Below, piece after piece: positions 12,460-23,789 of a stretch of DNA of 64,000 nt. Origin of the DNA: Octopus bimaculoides (Eukaryota); the NCBI RefSeq assembly GCF_001194135.2, contig NC_068981.1, positions 95,466,779 to 95,530,778 on the forward strand, written 5' to 3'. Both the position numbers and the translations under genes were made by a program. Position 1 is the first letter of the stretch. Each line of letters begins with the position of its first letter. The notes beneath the pieces are model-generated. The model was not told where the DNA came from and made no database searches. It worked only from the letters and a program-made list of their open reading frames with translations.

Positions 12460-13961
12460 CAATGGTTTCAAATTTAGGCACAAGACAACAACTTCGACAG
12501 GAGGGAGTTAGTCGATTACTCCGGTACTTGATTGGTACTTCCTTTTATCGACCTCGATATGACGAAGAGCAAAGTTGAGTTAAGTAGGATTCGAACTCAG
12601 AAAGCAGAACCATAAATAACACTGCAAGACATTTTCCAATGTTCTAACCAATCCACCTGCCCTTAGTCCTTTCTACTATAGGCACTACGTCTGAAATTTA
12701 GGGGACTGGGGTTAGTCGATTTCATCAACTCCAGTGCTCAAGTGGTACTTATTTGACTGATCCCGAAAGGATGAAAGATAAACTTGACCCCAGAAGAACT
12801 TGAACTTAGAACATAAGACGTATCACTAAGCATTTTGTCCAGCATGCTAACGATTCTGCCAGCTTGCCGCCTTCCCACCTAATGGTTTCAAATTTTGGCA
12901 CAAGGCCAGCAGTTTTTTGCCGGGGAGGGGCTACGTCAACTCCATCGATCCCAACGCTCAACTGGTACTTATTTTAACCACCCCCGAAAGGGATGAAAGG
13001 CAAAGTCGACTTTCAGCTCAGAACGTAAAAGCGGGAGGAATGCCGTGAAGCATTTCGCCCGGTGTGCTAATGATTCTTCCAGCTCACCGCCTTATTCAGT
13101 ACAAGTATTAATAAGTTCTTTGAGTAATCAAGTAATTATTTCAATGTATAGTTATGTAAATTATGGACAAACACACATTTTATAAAAATTTAGTCTAACA
13201 CGTGGCAGCTGAACCATGCATTCCTCTTATCAATTTCCACTTTCAAAAGAAATATTTATATACTCTATGAATAGTTAGGTCGCCAGGAAATTATTTCAAT
13301 TCAAAGTTAAGTAAATAGCAATTAAAAACGTATTTTTCAAAGAATCATTAGAAAAGGTGCAATGACAGAATAGAAACATTTCCGCTATGATTTAAACCAC
13401 TTGAAATACTTCTTTTTATCATAGTCACAAGGCCTTGAATTTCGGGTCAAGAGGTTCGTCGATTACATCGGCCCTAGTGCTCAACTGGTACTTATTTTAT
13501 CGACCCCAAAATGATGAAAGGCAAAGTCGACCCCGGCAGACTACTAATGGCAAAAGGCCTGATATTTTGGGGCAGGGGACTAATTGATTACATCGACCTC
13601 AGTACGCAACTGATACTTAATTTATCGACCACGAAAGGATGAAAGACAAAATTGACCCTGGTGGAATGTAAAGACGGACGAAATGCCGCTAAGCATATAG
13701 CCCGGTGTGCTAACGATTCCGCCAGCTCACCGCCTTAATAATAATTATAATTCTTTCTACTATAGACAAAAGGCCTGATATTTTAGGGGAGGGGTTAAGT
13801 CGATTACATCGACCCCAGTACTCCACTTGTACTTAACTTATCGACCCCGAAAGGATGAAAGTCAAAGTCAACCTCGGCGGAATTTGAACTCAGGAATTTG
13901 AACTTAGAAGCGTCGATAAGCATTTTGTCCGGCGTGGTAACGATTCTGCCAGCTTGCCACC

Positions 13962-13964
<3 letters not shown>
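12460..13964 (-). mobile_element. Cluster of six co-oriented family A SINEs
   Basis: Copies at about 12460-12663, 12668-12873, 12882-13093, 13415-13540 (partial), 13541-13737 and 13753-13964. Each carries variants of the core ggtacttattttatcgaccccgaaaggatgaaag. Confidence 0.85.
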
Positions 13965-14020
<56 letters not shown>

Positions 14021-14093
14021 GGAGAAGAAGAAGAAGAAGAAGAAGAAGAAGAAGAAGAAGAAGAAGAAGAAGAAGAAGAAGAAGAAGAAGAAA
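13964..14093. repeat. Compound (AAT)n-(GAA)n microsatellite
   Basis: Directly visible; it explains the poly-N/E and poly-F/I ORFs. Confidence 0.95.
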
Positions 14094-14439
14094 CCTAATA
14101 GAAACAGTACTACCAATAAAAGGCATAATAAAATCGATTTACAAAATTCAATGGAAATCTTTGCCTAAGCTATACGCGAACAAGCATATCCAAGAAAGGA
14201 AAGGTGTTTGTGTGTGTGTGTATATGTGTGTGTGTTACGTGCGTGCGTGTGTGCACGTGCACGAAGAAACGTGACATTGGATGACACATTTACATCAACA
14301 GATGTTTAAGTATATATATGGGCTTTAGAGCAAAAGCAATCGACGCACTGAAAAACCACACAATAGGTCAGAGGAGAAAAAGATAAGAGAATTATAGTAA
14401 AACTACATATATGACTGACCCACTGATAGCTTGCCAAAA

Positions 14440-14975
14440 ATCCAGGCTTGACTGTGTAGTAAGAAGTTTACTTACCAACCACATGGTTCTAGGTTCAGTC
14501 CTACTGCTGGCACCTTGGGCAAGTGTCTTCTACTATAGCCTCGTGACTATAGTAGTGAGTGGATTTGGTGAACGGAAACTGAAAGAAACCCGTCGTATAT
14601 ATATGTGTATAGACATACGCACACACACACACACACACACACTCACACTCAAACGAACCCACACACACACACACACACGAACACACACAAACAACCACCC
14701 ACGCACACAGACACACGCATGCACGCACACACATACACATATGTATGTGTGTGTGTGTGTTTTTGTGTCTGTGTTTGTCCCCCACCACTGCTTGAAAACC
14801 AGTGTTGGTGTGTTTACATCACCTAGCTTAGCGGTACGACAAAAGATTTGTATAGAATAAGTACCAGGCTTAAAAAATGTACTGGGGTCGATTCGTTCGA
14901 CTAAAATTCTTCAAGGCGGTGCTCCAGCATGGCTGCAGTCTAATGACTGAAACAAGTAAAAGATAAAAGATAAAA
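14440..14975 (+). mobile_element. SINE family C, full length, with internal microsatellite
   Basis: tRNA-like head (tgtgtagtaagaag…ggttcagtcc), CORE-like ggcaccttgggcaagtgtcttctactatagcctc, internal (CA)/(GT) tract, family A-like core, tail aaagataaaagataaaa. Confidence 0.85.
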
Positions 14976-14999
14976 TGCGATCAAATCCGCAAGTGACTG

Positions 15000-15890
15000 G
15001 GAAACCCTAAGGAGTGGCTGAAACATCTAACTAGTACTAATGAATTTGTAGCAACACCATTCAATGAATCTTGTCTGTCGACTAGATTCAACACACGAAT
15101 GGTTACAACAGCAGAAAACAATACTGCCTTCCAAAAATATAAGCATCAAGTCTATAACTTGTTTGCTAACAAGAAACTTTCTAACAAGCTGATTGCCCAC
15201 ATTTAAAACAGTAACGTTTAACCGGAGTAGTAGAAATGAAATGGGATGTATAGCTGCAAAGAACAGTTGCTAGTGAATCGGACAATTAGCGAAGGAAAAG
15301 AAAGACATGGCATGGATTGATTACCAAAACGCATTTGATAGTCAAACCATATTCTTGGAGTTTGGGTAAATCTGTTATTACTACTACTAACACGCTACAT
15401 CAACTTTAGCATGTCAAAATGGAAAACAGCCGTATCACTTACTTGGAGAAGAGAAAAATGTTTAAAACCGACTTTATACACATGTATAAGAGGAACTTTG
15501 AGAATGCCTCCATGTCTCTTCCAATTTTCTGCCAAGCTTTGACCCAATTAAATTTGTTGGATGAAGGTTATAAATACAACGAAAAATTATAAACTTGCTT
15601 CTCTATATGGCTGATCTAAAACGATTTATAAAGAACAATATTCAGTTACAGAATCTACTGAAAACTGTTTATGAGTTCAGTTAGAATATCAAATTGAATA
15701 TAGGGATGAATAAAGGTATGAAGCCTATCATAAAAGAAACTAATTGATTATAACTGAGGACATTAAATTACATCCAGACTCTATAATCAGAGAATTAAGA
15801 AGGAACCGTTTATACATATACTTAGAAGTAGATGAAATGGATGTGACACACAGAAACGAAATAGAATTTTTTTTAAAAAATACTGTAGAA
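15000..15890 (+). mobile_element. Highly degenerate R4/Dong-clade LINE reverse transcriptase fragment
   Basis: CKEQLLVN (from 15255), MAWIDYQNAFDS (from 15307), LLLYMADLKRF (YMAD at 15604-15615, degenerate YMDD), and DIKLHPDSIIREL…YIYL. These match R4/Dong RT motifs GCKEQLL, AWIDY.KAFDS and LYMDDLKL. Confidence 0.7.
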
Positions 15891-15904
15891 GAGTCAGAGC
15901 AATA

Positions 15905-16078
15905 TTGGTTTCAGATTTTGGCACAAGACCAGCAATTTCAGGACTGGGGCTAATCGATTATATCGACACTAGTACTCAACCGACCGCGGCAGAATTTGAA
16001 CTTAGAACTTAAAGACCGACGAGATTCCGCAGAATATTTTCCCCAGCGTGCTGAAGATTCTGCCAGCTAGCCGACTTA
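15905..16078 (-). mobile_element. SINE family A (internally deleted)
   Basis: ggtttcagattttggcacaagacc…ttctgccagctagccgactta. Confidence 0.75.
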
Positions 16079-16337
16079 GAGTCAGAGTAATATTTTAAAA
16101 AAAGTTGAACTTAAAACTGGAAATACTATAAGTATAAATGCATTAGCCCTTTTCAGTTATAAACTATTCTTTCAAAATAATAATTTAGAATTTTAGTGAA
16201 TTAAAACCTTAGTCAATTAAATTAGAAACCTATTAACAGCATTCTGAATCTTCCCCCTTATAGCTTCTATCGATATGATATCCTACTCCACACTCTAGAA
16301 GGATGGAACACGGTATAGAGAGATTTTCCAAAATGAT

Positions 16338-16719
16338 GTTGTTGTTGTTGTTGTTGTTGGCACTCCGTCGCTTACGACGTCGAGAGTTCCAGTTGATCCG
16401 ATCAACGGAACAGCCTGCTCGTGAAATTAACGTGCAAGTGGCTGAGCACTCCACAGACACGTGTACCCTTAACGTAGTTCTCGGGGATATTTAGCGTGAC
16501 ACAGTGTGACAAGGCTGCCCCTTTGAATTACAGGCACAACAGAAACAGGAAGTGAGAGAAAGTTGTGGTGAAAGAGTACAGCAGGGTTTGCCACCATCCC
16601 CTGTCGGAGCCTCGTGGAACTTTTAGGTGTATTTTCGCTCAATAAACACTCACAACGCCCGGTCTGAGAATCGAAACTGCGATCCTATGACCGCAACCAC
16701 TGGGCCATTGCGCCTCCAC
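16338..16719 (-). mobile_element. tRNA-derived SINE family B with (CAA)n tail and 10-bp TSD
   Basis: Head ggaggcgcaatggcccagtggtt on -; TSD CCAAAATGAT at 16328-16337 and 16720-16729. Confidence 0.9.
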
Positions 16720-17205
16720 CCAAAATGATAGTGCGGCTAGTAATAGACCTAGAAGTAATTAGAAATAATCAAAGGGAAATTGATTAAAGTAGTAAAAGAA
16801 CATGAAGAAAAGAATAAAATATTTTCCCTATGAGCAAACATTGATATACAACCTATAAGCTAAATAAATAAAACTTGATAAGAACAAAAGAAGCGAAAAT
16901 ATTTTAAGAAAGACAAAATGAAAATGGAATTTCAAAATACTCGGTAGAAAAAGAAAAGAGACAGAAAACCCCATACCATTACCAAAACTCTGCAAGACAC
17001 GTCGAAAATTTAATAAATCACTGTGAAAAACCAGCAACGGATCAAAATCTCTGGACTGAATTGAGAAACAGATTGTAGGACAATACCCAACTACAAAAGC
17101 ACAGTGAAAATAAATCATGAAACAAGAGGCTTGTATCAGTTGGAGGCAATACAAGGAACTTAAAGACATAATTAGTATCGTCCTTGAAAAAAAAACAATA
17201 CACAC

Positions 17206-17241
<36 letters not shown>

Positions 17242-17853
17242 ACACATACACACACGCACACACGCACACGCACACACACGCACACGCACACACACGCNNN
17301 NNNNNNNNNNNNNNNNNNNNNNNNNNNNNNNNNNNNNNNNNNNNNNNNNNNNNNNNNNNNNNNNNNNNNNNNNNNNNNNNNNNNNNNNNNNNNNNNNNNN
17401 NNNNNNNNNNNNNNNNNNNNNNNNNNNNNNNNNNNNNNNNNNNNNNNNNNNNNNNNNNNNNNNNNNNNNNNNNNNNNNNNNNNNNNNNNNNNNNNNNNNN
17501 NNNNNNNNNNNNNNNNNNNNNNNNNNNNNNNNNNNNNNNNNNNNNNNNNNNNNNNNNNNNNNNNNNNNNNNNNNNNNNNNNNNNNNNNNNNNNNNNNNNN
17601 NNNNNNNNNNNNNNNNNNNNNNNNNNNNNNNNNNNNNNNNNNNNNNNNNNNNNNNNNNNNNNNNNNNNNNNNNNNNNNNNNNNNNNNNNNNNNNNGAGTG
17701 CGAAGGTGACCAGTGTGTGTGTGTATGATAGTATCTGTGTGCGTGTGTTTTTGTGTATATGTGAGTGATGTATGTATAAGGGTGTGAGTCAACGAGCAGG
17801 TTGTATGCATGTATGTCAGACAAGACAAAACCGGCAGCTATATCCATAAGGCA

Positions 17854-17974
17854 TTATGTTTATACATTATTTAAATTTGACGAATATTTGTCCTCATCTT
17901 GTTTGTTGTTAACGCAACGTTTCGGCTGATGTACCCTCCAGCCTTCATCAGGTGTCTTGGGGAAATTTCGAACC
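17854..17974 (-). mobile_element. Penelope-type terminal-repeat fragment, copy A
   Basis: Reverse complement aligns with 18418-18544; contains the hammerhead motif. Confidence 0.6.
17911..17956 (-). ncRNA. Minimal type I hammerhead ribozyme motif (core intact)
   Basis: Minus strand reads GACAC-CUGAUGA-A-GGCUG(gaggguacau)CAGCC-GAA-ACGU-U-GCGUU. It has the conserved core, a 5-bp stem II, a palindromic ACGU stem III and stem I with one mismatch. Confidence 0.7.
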
Positions 17975-17976
17975 AC

Positions 17977-18037
17977 GGGCATATGGCGTAGTGGTTAAGA
18001 GCGCCAGTTATTAACCCCAAGATTCCGAGTTCGAATC
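17977..18037 (+). mobile_element. Truncated tRNA-derived SINE head
   Basis: A box TGGCGTAGTGG and B box GAGTTCGAATC, then directly (AAT)n. Confidence 0.65.
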
Positions 18038-18186
18038 ATAATAATAATAATAATAATGATAATAATGATGATGATAATAATAAATACAGTAACCATAAGA
18101 GCATCAAAGCAAACCACAGCACATACCCAAGGCACACAGAGCTGCGCTCGGTAGTGAAGTGAAAGCACGTTATAAAAATAAAACTA

Positions 18187-18258
<72 letters not shown>

Positions 18259-18259
18259 G

Positions 18260-18343
<84 letters not shown>

Positions 18344-18348
18344 GTAAC

Positions 18349-18387
<39 letters not shown>
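18038..18387. repeat. (AAT)n microsatellite interrupted by a 107-bp insert
   Basis: Directly visible. Confidence 0.9.
18084..18190 (+). mobile_element. Probable 5'-truncated R4/Dong LINE 3' end inserted in (AAT)n
   Basis: Unique 107 bp starting ATACAGTAA and ending …aaaactactga, flanked on both sides by AAT repeats. Dong elements are known to target TAA repeats; the clade assignment is an inference. Confidence 0.5.
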
Positions 18388-18388
<1 letters not shown>

Positions 18389-18571
18389 TCGAAAAATACC
18401 TTAGGAATGAGAACCGAGGTTCGAAATTTCCCCAAGACACCTGCTGAAGGCTGGAGGGTATATCAGCCGAATCGTTGTGTTAGCAAGAAACAAGATGAAG
18501 ACATATATCCGTCAAATGTAAATAATGTAAATAACGTACATAATTCCTCATCTCTTAAATATAGAACTGTA
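18388..18571 (+). mobile_element. Penelope-type terminal-repeat fragment, copy B, with degenerate hammerhead (18436-18481)
   Basis: GACAC-CTGCTGA-A-GGCTG…CAGCC-GAAT-CGTT-GTGTT: same scaffold as copy A but with two core substitutions. Confidence 0.6.
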
Positions 18572-18701
18572 TTATGTCTATACTTTGATGTGAAGACTAA
18601 AAAGTGATACAGTGTATAGTATATCAAATATAGTACATGACAATTATCTGGCTGTCATAATCTGAGACATACTTGTTCAAACTGAAGGAGATCAAGAAGA
18701 A

Positions 18702-18760
18702 CAGTCCAGTAGTCCTCTAGTCCAGTAGTCCTATAGTCCAGTAGTCCAGCAGTCCAGTTA
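18702..18760. repeat. Short tandem repeat of TAGTCC(AG) units
   Basis: cagtccagtagtcctctagtccagtagtcctatagtccagtagtccagcagtccag. Confidence 0.8.
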
Positions 18761-19089
18761 TAACTACTGAATATAGCAACGAAAATATACGTACACGGAT
18801 TGTCGTCATGGACTCTTCCGACTAAAACAGAGCACAGAGAAAAGTTGCGAACTTGATTGGCAGGCAGTTTCATAAAAAGTAGCATATTTATTTTTCAAAA
18901 AGTAACAGGATGTGGTAAAGTGTAGCCCGAAATGAAATGTTTCCTCCTTCACTCAATCTCTACCTCTCGATTCCCTCCTTTCTCTCTTTCTCTCTTAGAA
19001 TCCAAAACATAACTCTGCTAGACAGCCCACATCCTATGCAGGACACATTGAATTCAACAACACAACTCACATGCATTTTTCTGAACAAT

Positions 19090-19330
19090 TCATGGAATAT
19101 CGTCGTCGGCTCCTCTTTGTTTCTGAATATTTCTTTCTTTGTGCTTCTTCATTTATGTCGGTGCCTCCCGATGGCTGGCAAGACTGATTTTTCCGTGGAA
19201 CAATTGGCCACAAATGACACATCTGATAGTCGGTGGAGGTCTTGATTGGAGTTGGCAGGTCTTTTTGTCGTGGCCATTTATCTTCATTTCTTCGCGGATG
19301 TTTGATGATGTTGCTCCCAGAATTTAAGGT
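19090..19330 (-). mobile_element. RTE-type LINE C-terminal relic
   Basis: Minus frame …PPPTIRCVICGQLFHGKISLASHREAPT*, similar to the RTE C-terminal C-x2-C…GL.SH motif. Confidence 0.5.
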
Positions 19331-20324
19331 CAATATTGGTGCTCTACATTGTCTGTTTCAGTTGGTCTTTGCAGTCGCGTTGGGGGTAGCCGTATAATTT
19401 TTTTTCCGGTGCTGTTCTCGCAATTAAGACTTTGACGTAGCGCGCTAGTTCAATTCAACCGGTGGATAGGATCTATAAACTTTTTACAATCACCGCCCTA
19501 TAAAACTGATACATAACCCTATTTAACACCCAATTCTATAAAACACTCCATACATCATCAACGACTCGTACATCTCATATACACAACTACCAATCGCTAG
19601 TATAGCACAACACATACTCTACACAATCACCGCCGACATTATAATTCTAGAAACAACTCATACAAGACATACGTAGTAACTGCCAGTTAGCAAATTAACG
19701 CAATCCACATGACACATTCAGCAACAAACAGACAAGACGCTAAAATATACATCAGTAAAAACAAAGGAACTGCAGAAGGCTAAACAAATGTTTATCATAC
19801 ATACACGATCCTACATTTCAAACAACCAGCATCTCATATTAATGCAATTCCAGTCCCTCAAGAGTCAATGCTGCGCATACTCCGGGAGCTTGGAAGTGCA
19901 GGTGATGGTGCCGTAGAAATTCGAATGAAACTGTTGATTCCAAGGTCCGACACAGGAAGATTACGCATACCACGAATGCAGGATGATAGGAAACTTTTGC
20001 ACCTGGAAGGTTATAAAATATCTGACAGAAAGGATCAAATACCTGGCAAGAATGATCAAAAGAGAGTGAATAAAGGAAAAAGTCAGCATTAGTTGATAAC
20101 TGCAGGAATCAAAGTTGATTATGTCACAAAATCAGAGCCTTCCTACCAAAAAGAACTTAAAAGGATACAGCAAAGCACTTTTTCAACACTCTAGCGATTC
20201 AGCTAGCTCGTTGTTTTGTCAACAGTTGTTTGTAATTTAGGTTCCAAACCATCAATTTTCAGTAGATGAGGTTAGTTGATACTATCAACTCCAGTACTGG
20301 GATGCTATTTTATTTTATCGGGCT

Positions 20325-20480
20325 TCTTTCAGTTTCCGTCTACCAACTCCACTCACAAGGCTTTGGTCGACTCGAGGCTATAGTAGAAGACACTTGCCCA
20401 AGGTGCCACGCAGTGGGACTGAACCCGGAACCATGTGGTTGGTAAGCAAGCTACTTACCACATAGCCACTCCTGTGCCTA
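20325..20480 (-). mobile_element. SINE family C, 5' part
   Basis: gctatagtagaagacacttgcccaaggtgccacgcagtgggactgaacccggaaccatgtggttg. Confidence 0.85.
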
Positions 20481-21294
20481 TGTATATATATATATATATA
20501 TATATNNNNNNNNNNNNNNNNNNNNNNNNNNNNNNNNNNNNNNNNNNNNNNNNNNNNNNNNNNNNNNNNNNNNNNNNNNNNNNNNNNNNNNNNNNNNNNN
20601 NNNNNNNNNNNNNNNNNNNNNNNNNNNNNNNNNNNNNNNNNNNNNNNNNNNNNNNNNNGAGAAAGAGAGAGAAAGATGCATTTGCAATTCATTCATGCAT
20701 ATCTAGATAAGCAAGAAATAAATTTTCATTATCTTTCTGTATCACTTTTCCTTTCGCAAGACATTATAAAGCGTTCATTTTTCATTCCTGTTTCTCTTGA
20801 CAGTATTACCTGATATCACTGAGATTCCTCAAGAGTTTTGCATGTTACTCGATCATCTGTTATCATTGATTGAAAGGTTTCTCTTCCAGTGATACCTGAG
20901 TCAGACAGTTCGCACTATCTAGCTCAGGTAATATCTATTAAATATTTTCATTTCACCGTGGTAATTCCACTTACAGTTTATTAATTTCGAAAACCTTATT
21001 TTCTTTCTTCTCTTCCTCATAGAATAGCTATAAGGATTTTTTCGCAACTTACTCTTTGCTCCTGCTTTTTATGTTTACCAAAGGATATCTAACTCATTTC
21101 TATTGCACAAACTCTCACGCCCACACACTCCACCTTTCGCTTCACTGCACAGGGAGACCGACTCTATTCAGAGTCTCTCGACCAGCTACAAATTGCAGCC
21201 AAATTTTCCTGCAATTACATTCTATTATCTTTATAATGAACAAAATAATATTTTAATAAAAATTACATACTTATTATTTTCTTCATCATTAGAC

Positions 21295-21630
21295 AAAAGC
21301 ACAGCTGGGCGGTGAAGAAGCTCGCTTTGCAACCACATAGTTTTAGGTTCAATTCTACTGTCTGGTGACTTGGGAAAGTGTCTTCTAGTATTGCCCTCGG
21401 ACGACCAATGCCTTGTGAGTGAGATTTGGTAGATAGAAACTGTGTGGAAGCCTGTCATATATATATATGTATATATATATGCGATGGTCTTGTTTCACTT
21501 TCTGTTTACCAAATCCACGGGCATTGGTAGCTCGTGGCTGTATTAGAAGACACTTGCCCAGAATGGACTGAACCCGGAACCGTGTGGTTGGGAAGCAAGC
21601 TTATTACCACACAGCCACGCCTGTGCCTAC
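21295..21630. mobile_element. Tail-to-tail inverted pair of family C SINE 5' parts
   Basis: + copy at about 21295-21460 and - copy at about 21500-21630, separated by (AT)n. Confidence 0.75.
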
Positions 21631-22834
21631 ATACATATNNNNNNNNNNNNNNNNNNNNNNNNNNNNNNNNNNNNNNNNNNNNNNNNNNNNNNNNNNNNNN
21701 NNNNNNNNNNNNNNNNNNNNNNNNNNNNNNNNNNNNNNNNNNNNNNNNNNNNNNNNNNNNNNNNNNNNNNNNNNNNNNNNNNNNNNNNNNNNNNNNNNNN
21801 NNNNNNNNNNNNNNNNNNNNNNNNNNNNNNNNNNNNNNNNNNNNNNNNNNNNNNNNNNNNNNNNNNNNNNNNNNNNNNNNNNNNNNNNNNNNNNNNNNNN
21901 NNNNNNNNNNNNNNNNNNNNNNNNNNNNNNNNNNNNNNNNNNNNNNNNNNNNNNNNNNNNNNNNNNNNNNNNNNNNNNNNNNNNNNNNNNNNNNNNNNNN
22001 NNNNNNNNNNNNNNNNNNNNNNNNNNNNNNNNNNNNNNNNNNNNNNNNNNNNNNNNNNNNNNNNNNNNNNNNNNNNNNNNNNNNNNNNNNNNNNNNNNNN
22101 NNNNNNNNNNNNNNNNNNNNNNNNNNNNNNNNNNNNNNNNNNNNNNNNNNNNNNNNNNNNNNNNNNNNNNNNNNNNNNNNNNNNNNNNNNNNNNNNNNNN
22201 NNNNNNNNNNNNNNNNNNNNNNNNNNNNNNNNNNNNNNNNNNNNNNNNNNNNNNNNNNNNNNNNNNNNNNNNNNNNNNNNNNNNNNNNNNNNNNNNNNNN
22301 NNNNNNNNNNNNNNNNNNNNNNNNNNNNNNNNNNNNNNNNNNNNNNNNNNNNNNNNNNNNNNNNNNNNNNNNNNNNNNNNNNNNNNNNNNNNNNNNNNNN
22401 NNNNNNNNNNNNNNNNNNNNNNNNNNNNNNNNNNNNNNNNNNNNNTATATATATATACATACAGACATATATATAGGGTGTGTGTGTTTGTGTCAGTGTG
22501 TGCCTACCTACCCTCACTTGACGACCATTGTTGTTTTTTTTTACCTCCCTGTAACCAAACATGAACACAAACACGCACACACACACATATATACACGCAT
22601 ATGCATGCTCACACATACGCACTTTAATGCTCTTTCCTTGCAAATTATTTGTTGTTCCTTCTGACAACTAAATTGCAACATCTAAACTTAGCATTAACAT
22701 CATCAACCTCGTCTATTCATTCATTTATATACCGCAGTCAAACATAGAAAGCCTATAAGCTCTGTCTTTCCTCTTCAGAAGAACAAAATTAAATTATTCT
22801 TGTGTTTGTGTTTGTTTGTTTGTGTGTGTGTACG

Positions 22835-22924
<90 letters not shown>

Positions 22925-22938
22925 TGTGCGTGTGTGCG

Positions 22939-22976
<38 letters not shown>

Positions 22977-23554
22977 CACATACACATATGCATACATACA
23001 TACATGTGTATATATTGTTTTGAAAACTTAGTTATGCTTCACAGATTCTACTCTGATTCAGTCGGTATCTTATCTGTTGATAGCTTTGGGAATACTTATT
23101 TAACATGGCGTGTAAGCTGCCAGGATGTCAACAGGATTCCAGATGTTGAAATATACGTTGGAAAACCACTGAGTACTTTTGACAGAATGTAGGGAATAAT
23201 AGGTAAATAAGGTGTTATATCGATTTCTTACATACTCATCAAATCAGTCGTTTATTAGTAGAAGGAGTATAATTGTAATCGATTGAATCATCTGTCTTTT
23301 GTTAATGACATTTATCTTATGGATAGATGCAAAGCCAAATCAACACCAGCAGGATTTGAACCGAGAACGGAGAGGAATGGAATTAAATACTGTACTGGTG
23401 TTTCGTTTGATATTTTATAATTTCTGCCCCTCACTTCTTTCAAATTAAGCGATGAAGGGGCCTATCCATAGTCGCTGTACGGATATTGGCGTTGTATCAA
23501 AGGTAGATTTCAACATTTTTATAATCCCAAAATGAATAATCATTGCATATTAAT

Positions 23555-23765
23555 ATTGCTTTTAAATTTTCGTACAAGGTCAGTAATTTCGGGGGAGGGG
23601 GTAAGTCGATTACATCGACCCCAGTGTTTAACTGGTACTTATTTTATCATCGACCCCGAAAAGATGAAAGGCAAAGTCGACCTCGGCAGAATTTTAACTT
23701 AGAACGTAAAGACGGACGAAATACTGCTAAGCAATTTACAGGCTAGTGATTCTGCCAGCTTGCCA
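23555..23765 (-). mobile_element. SINE family A
   Basis: tttaaattttcgtacaagg…ttctgccagcttgccat. Confidence 0.85.
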
Positions 23766-23789
23766 TATTATCAATACTAAAGTATTATA

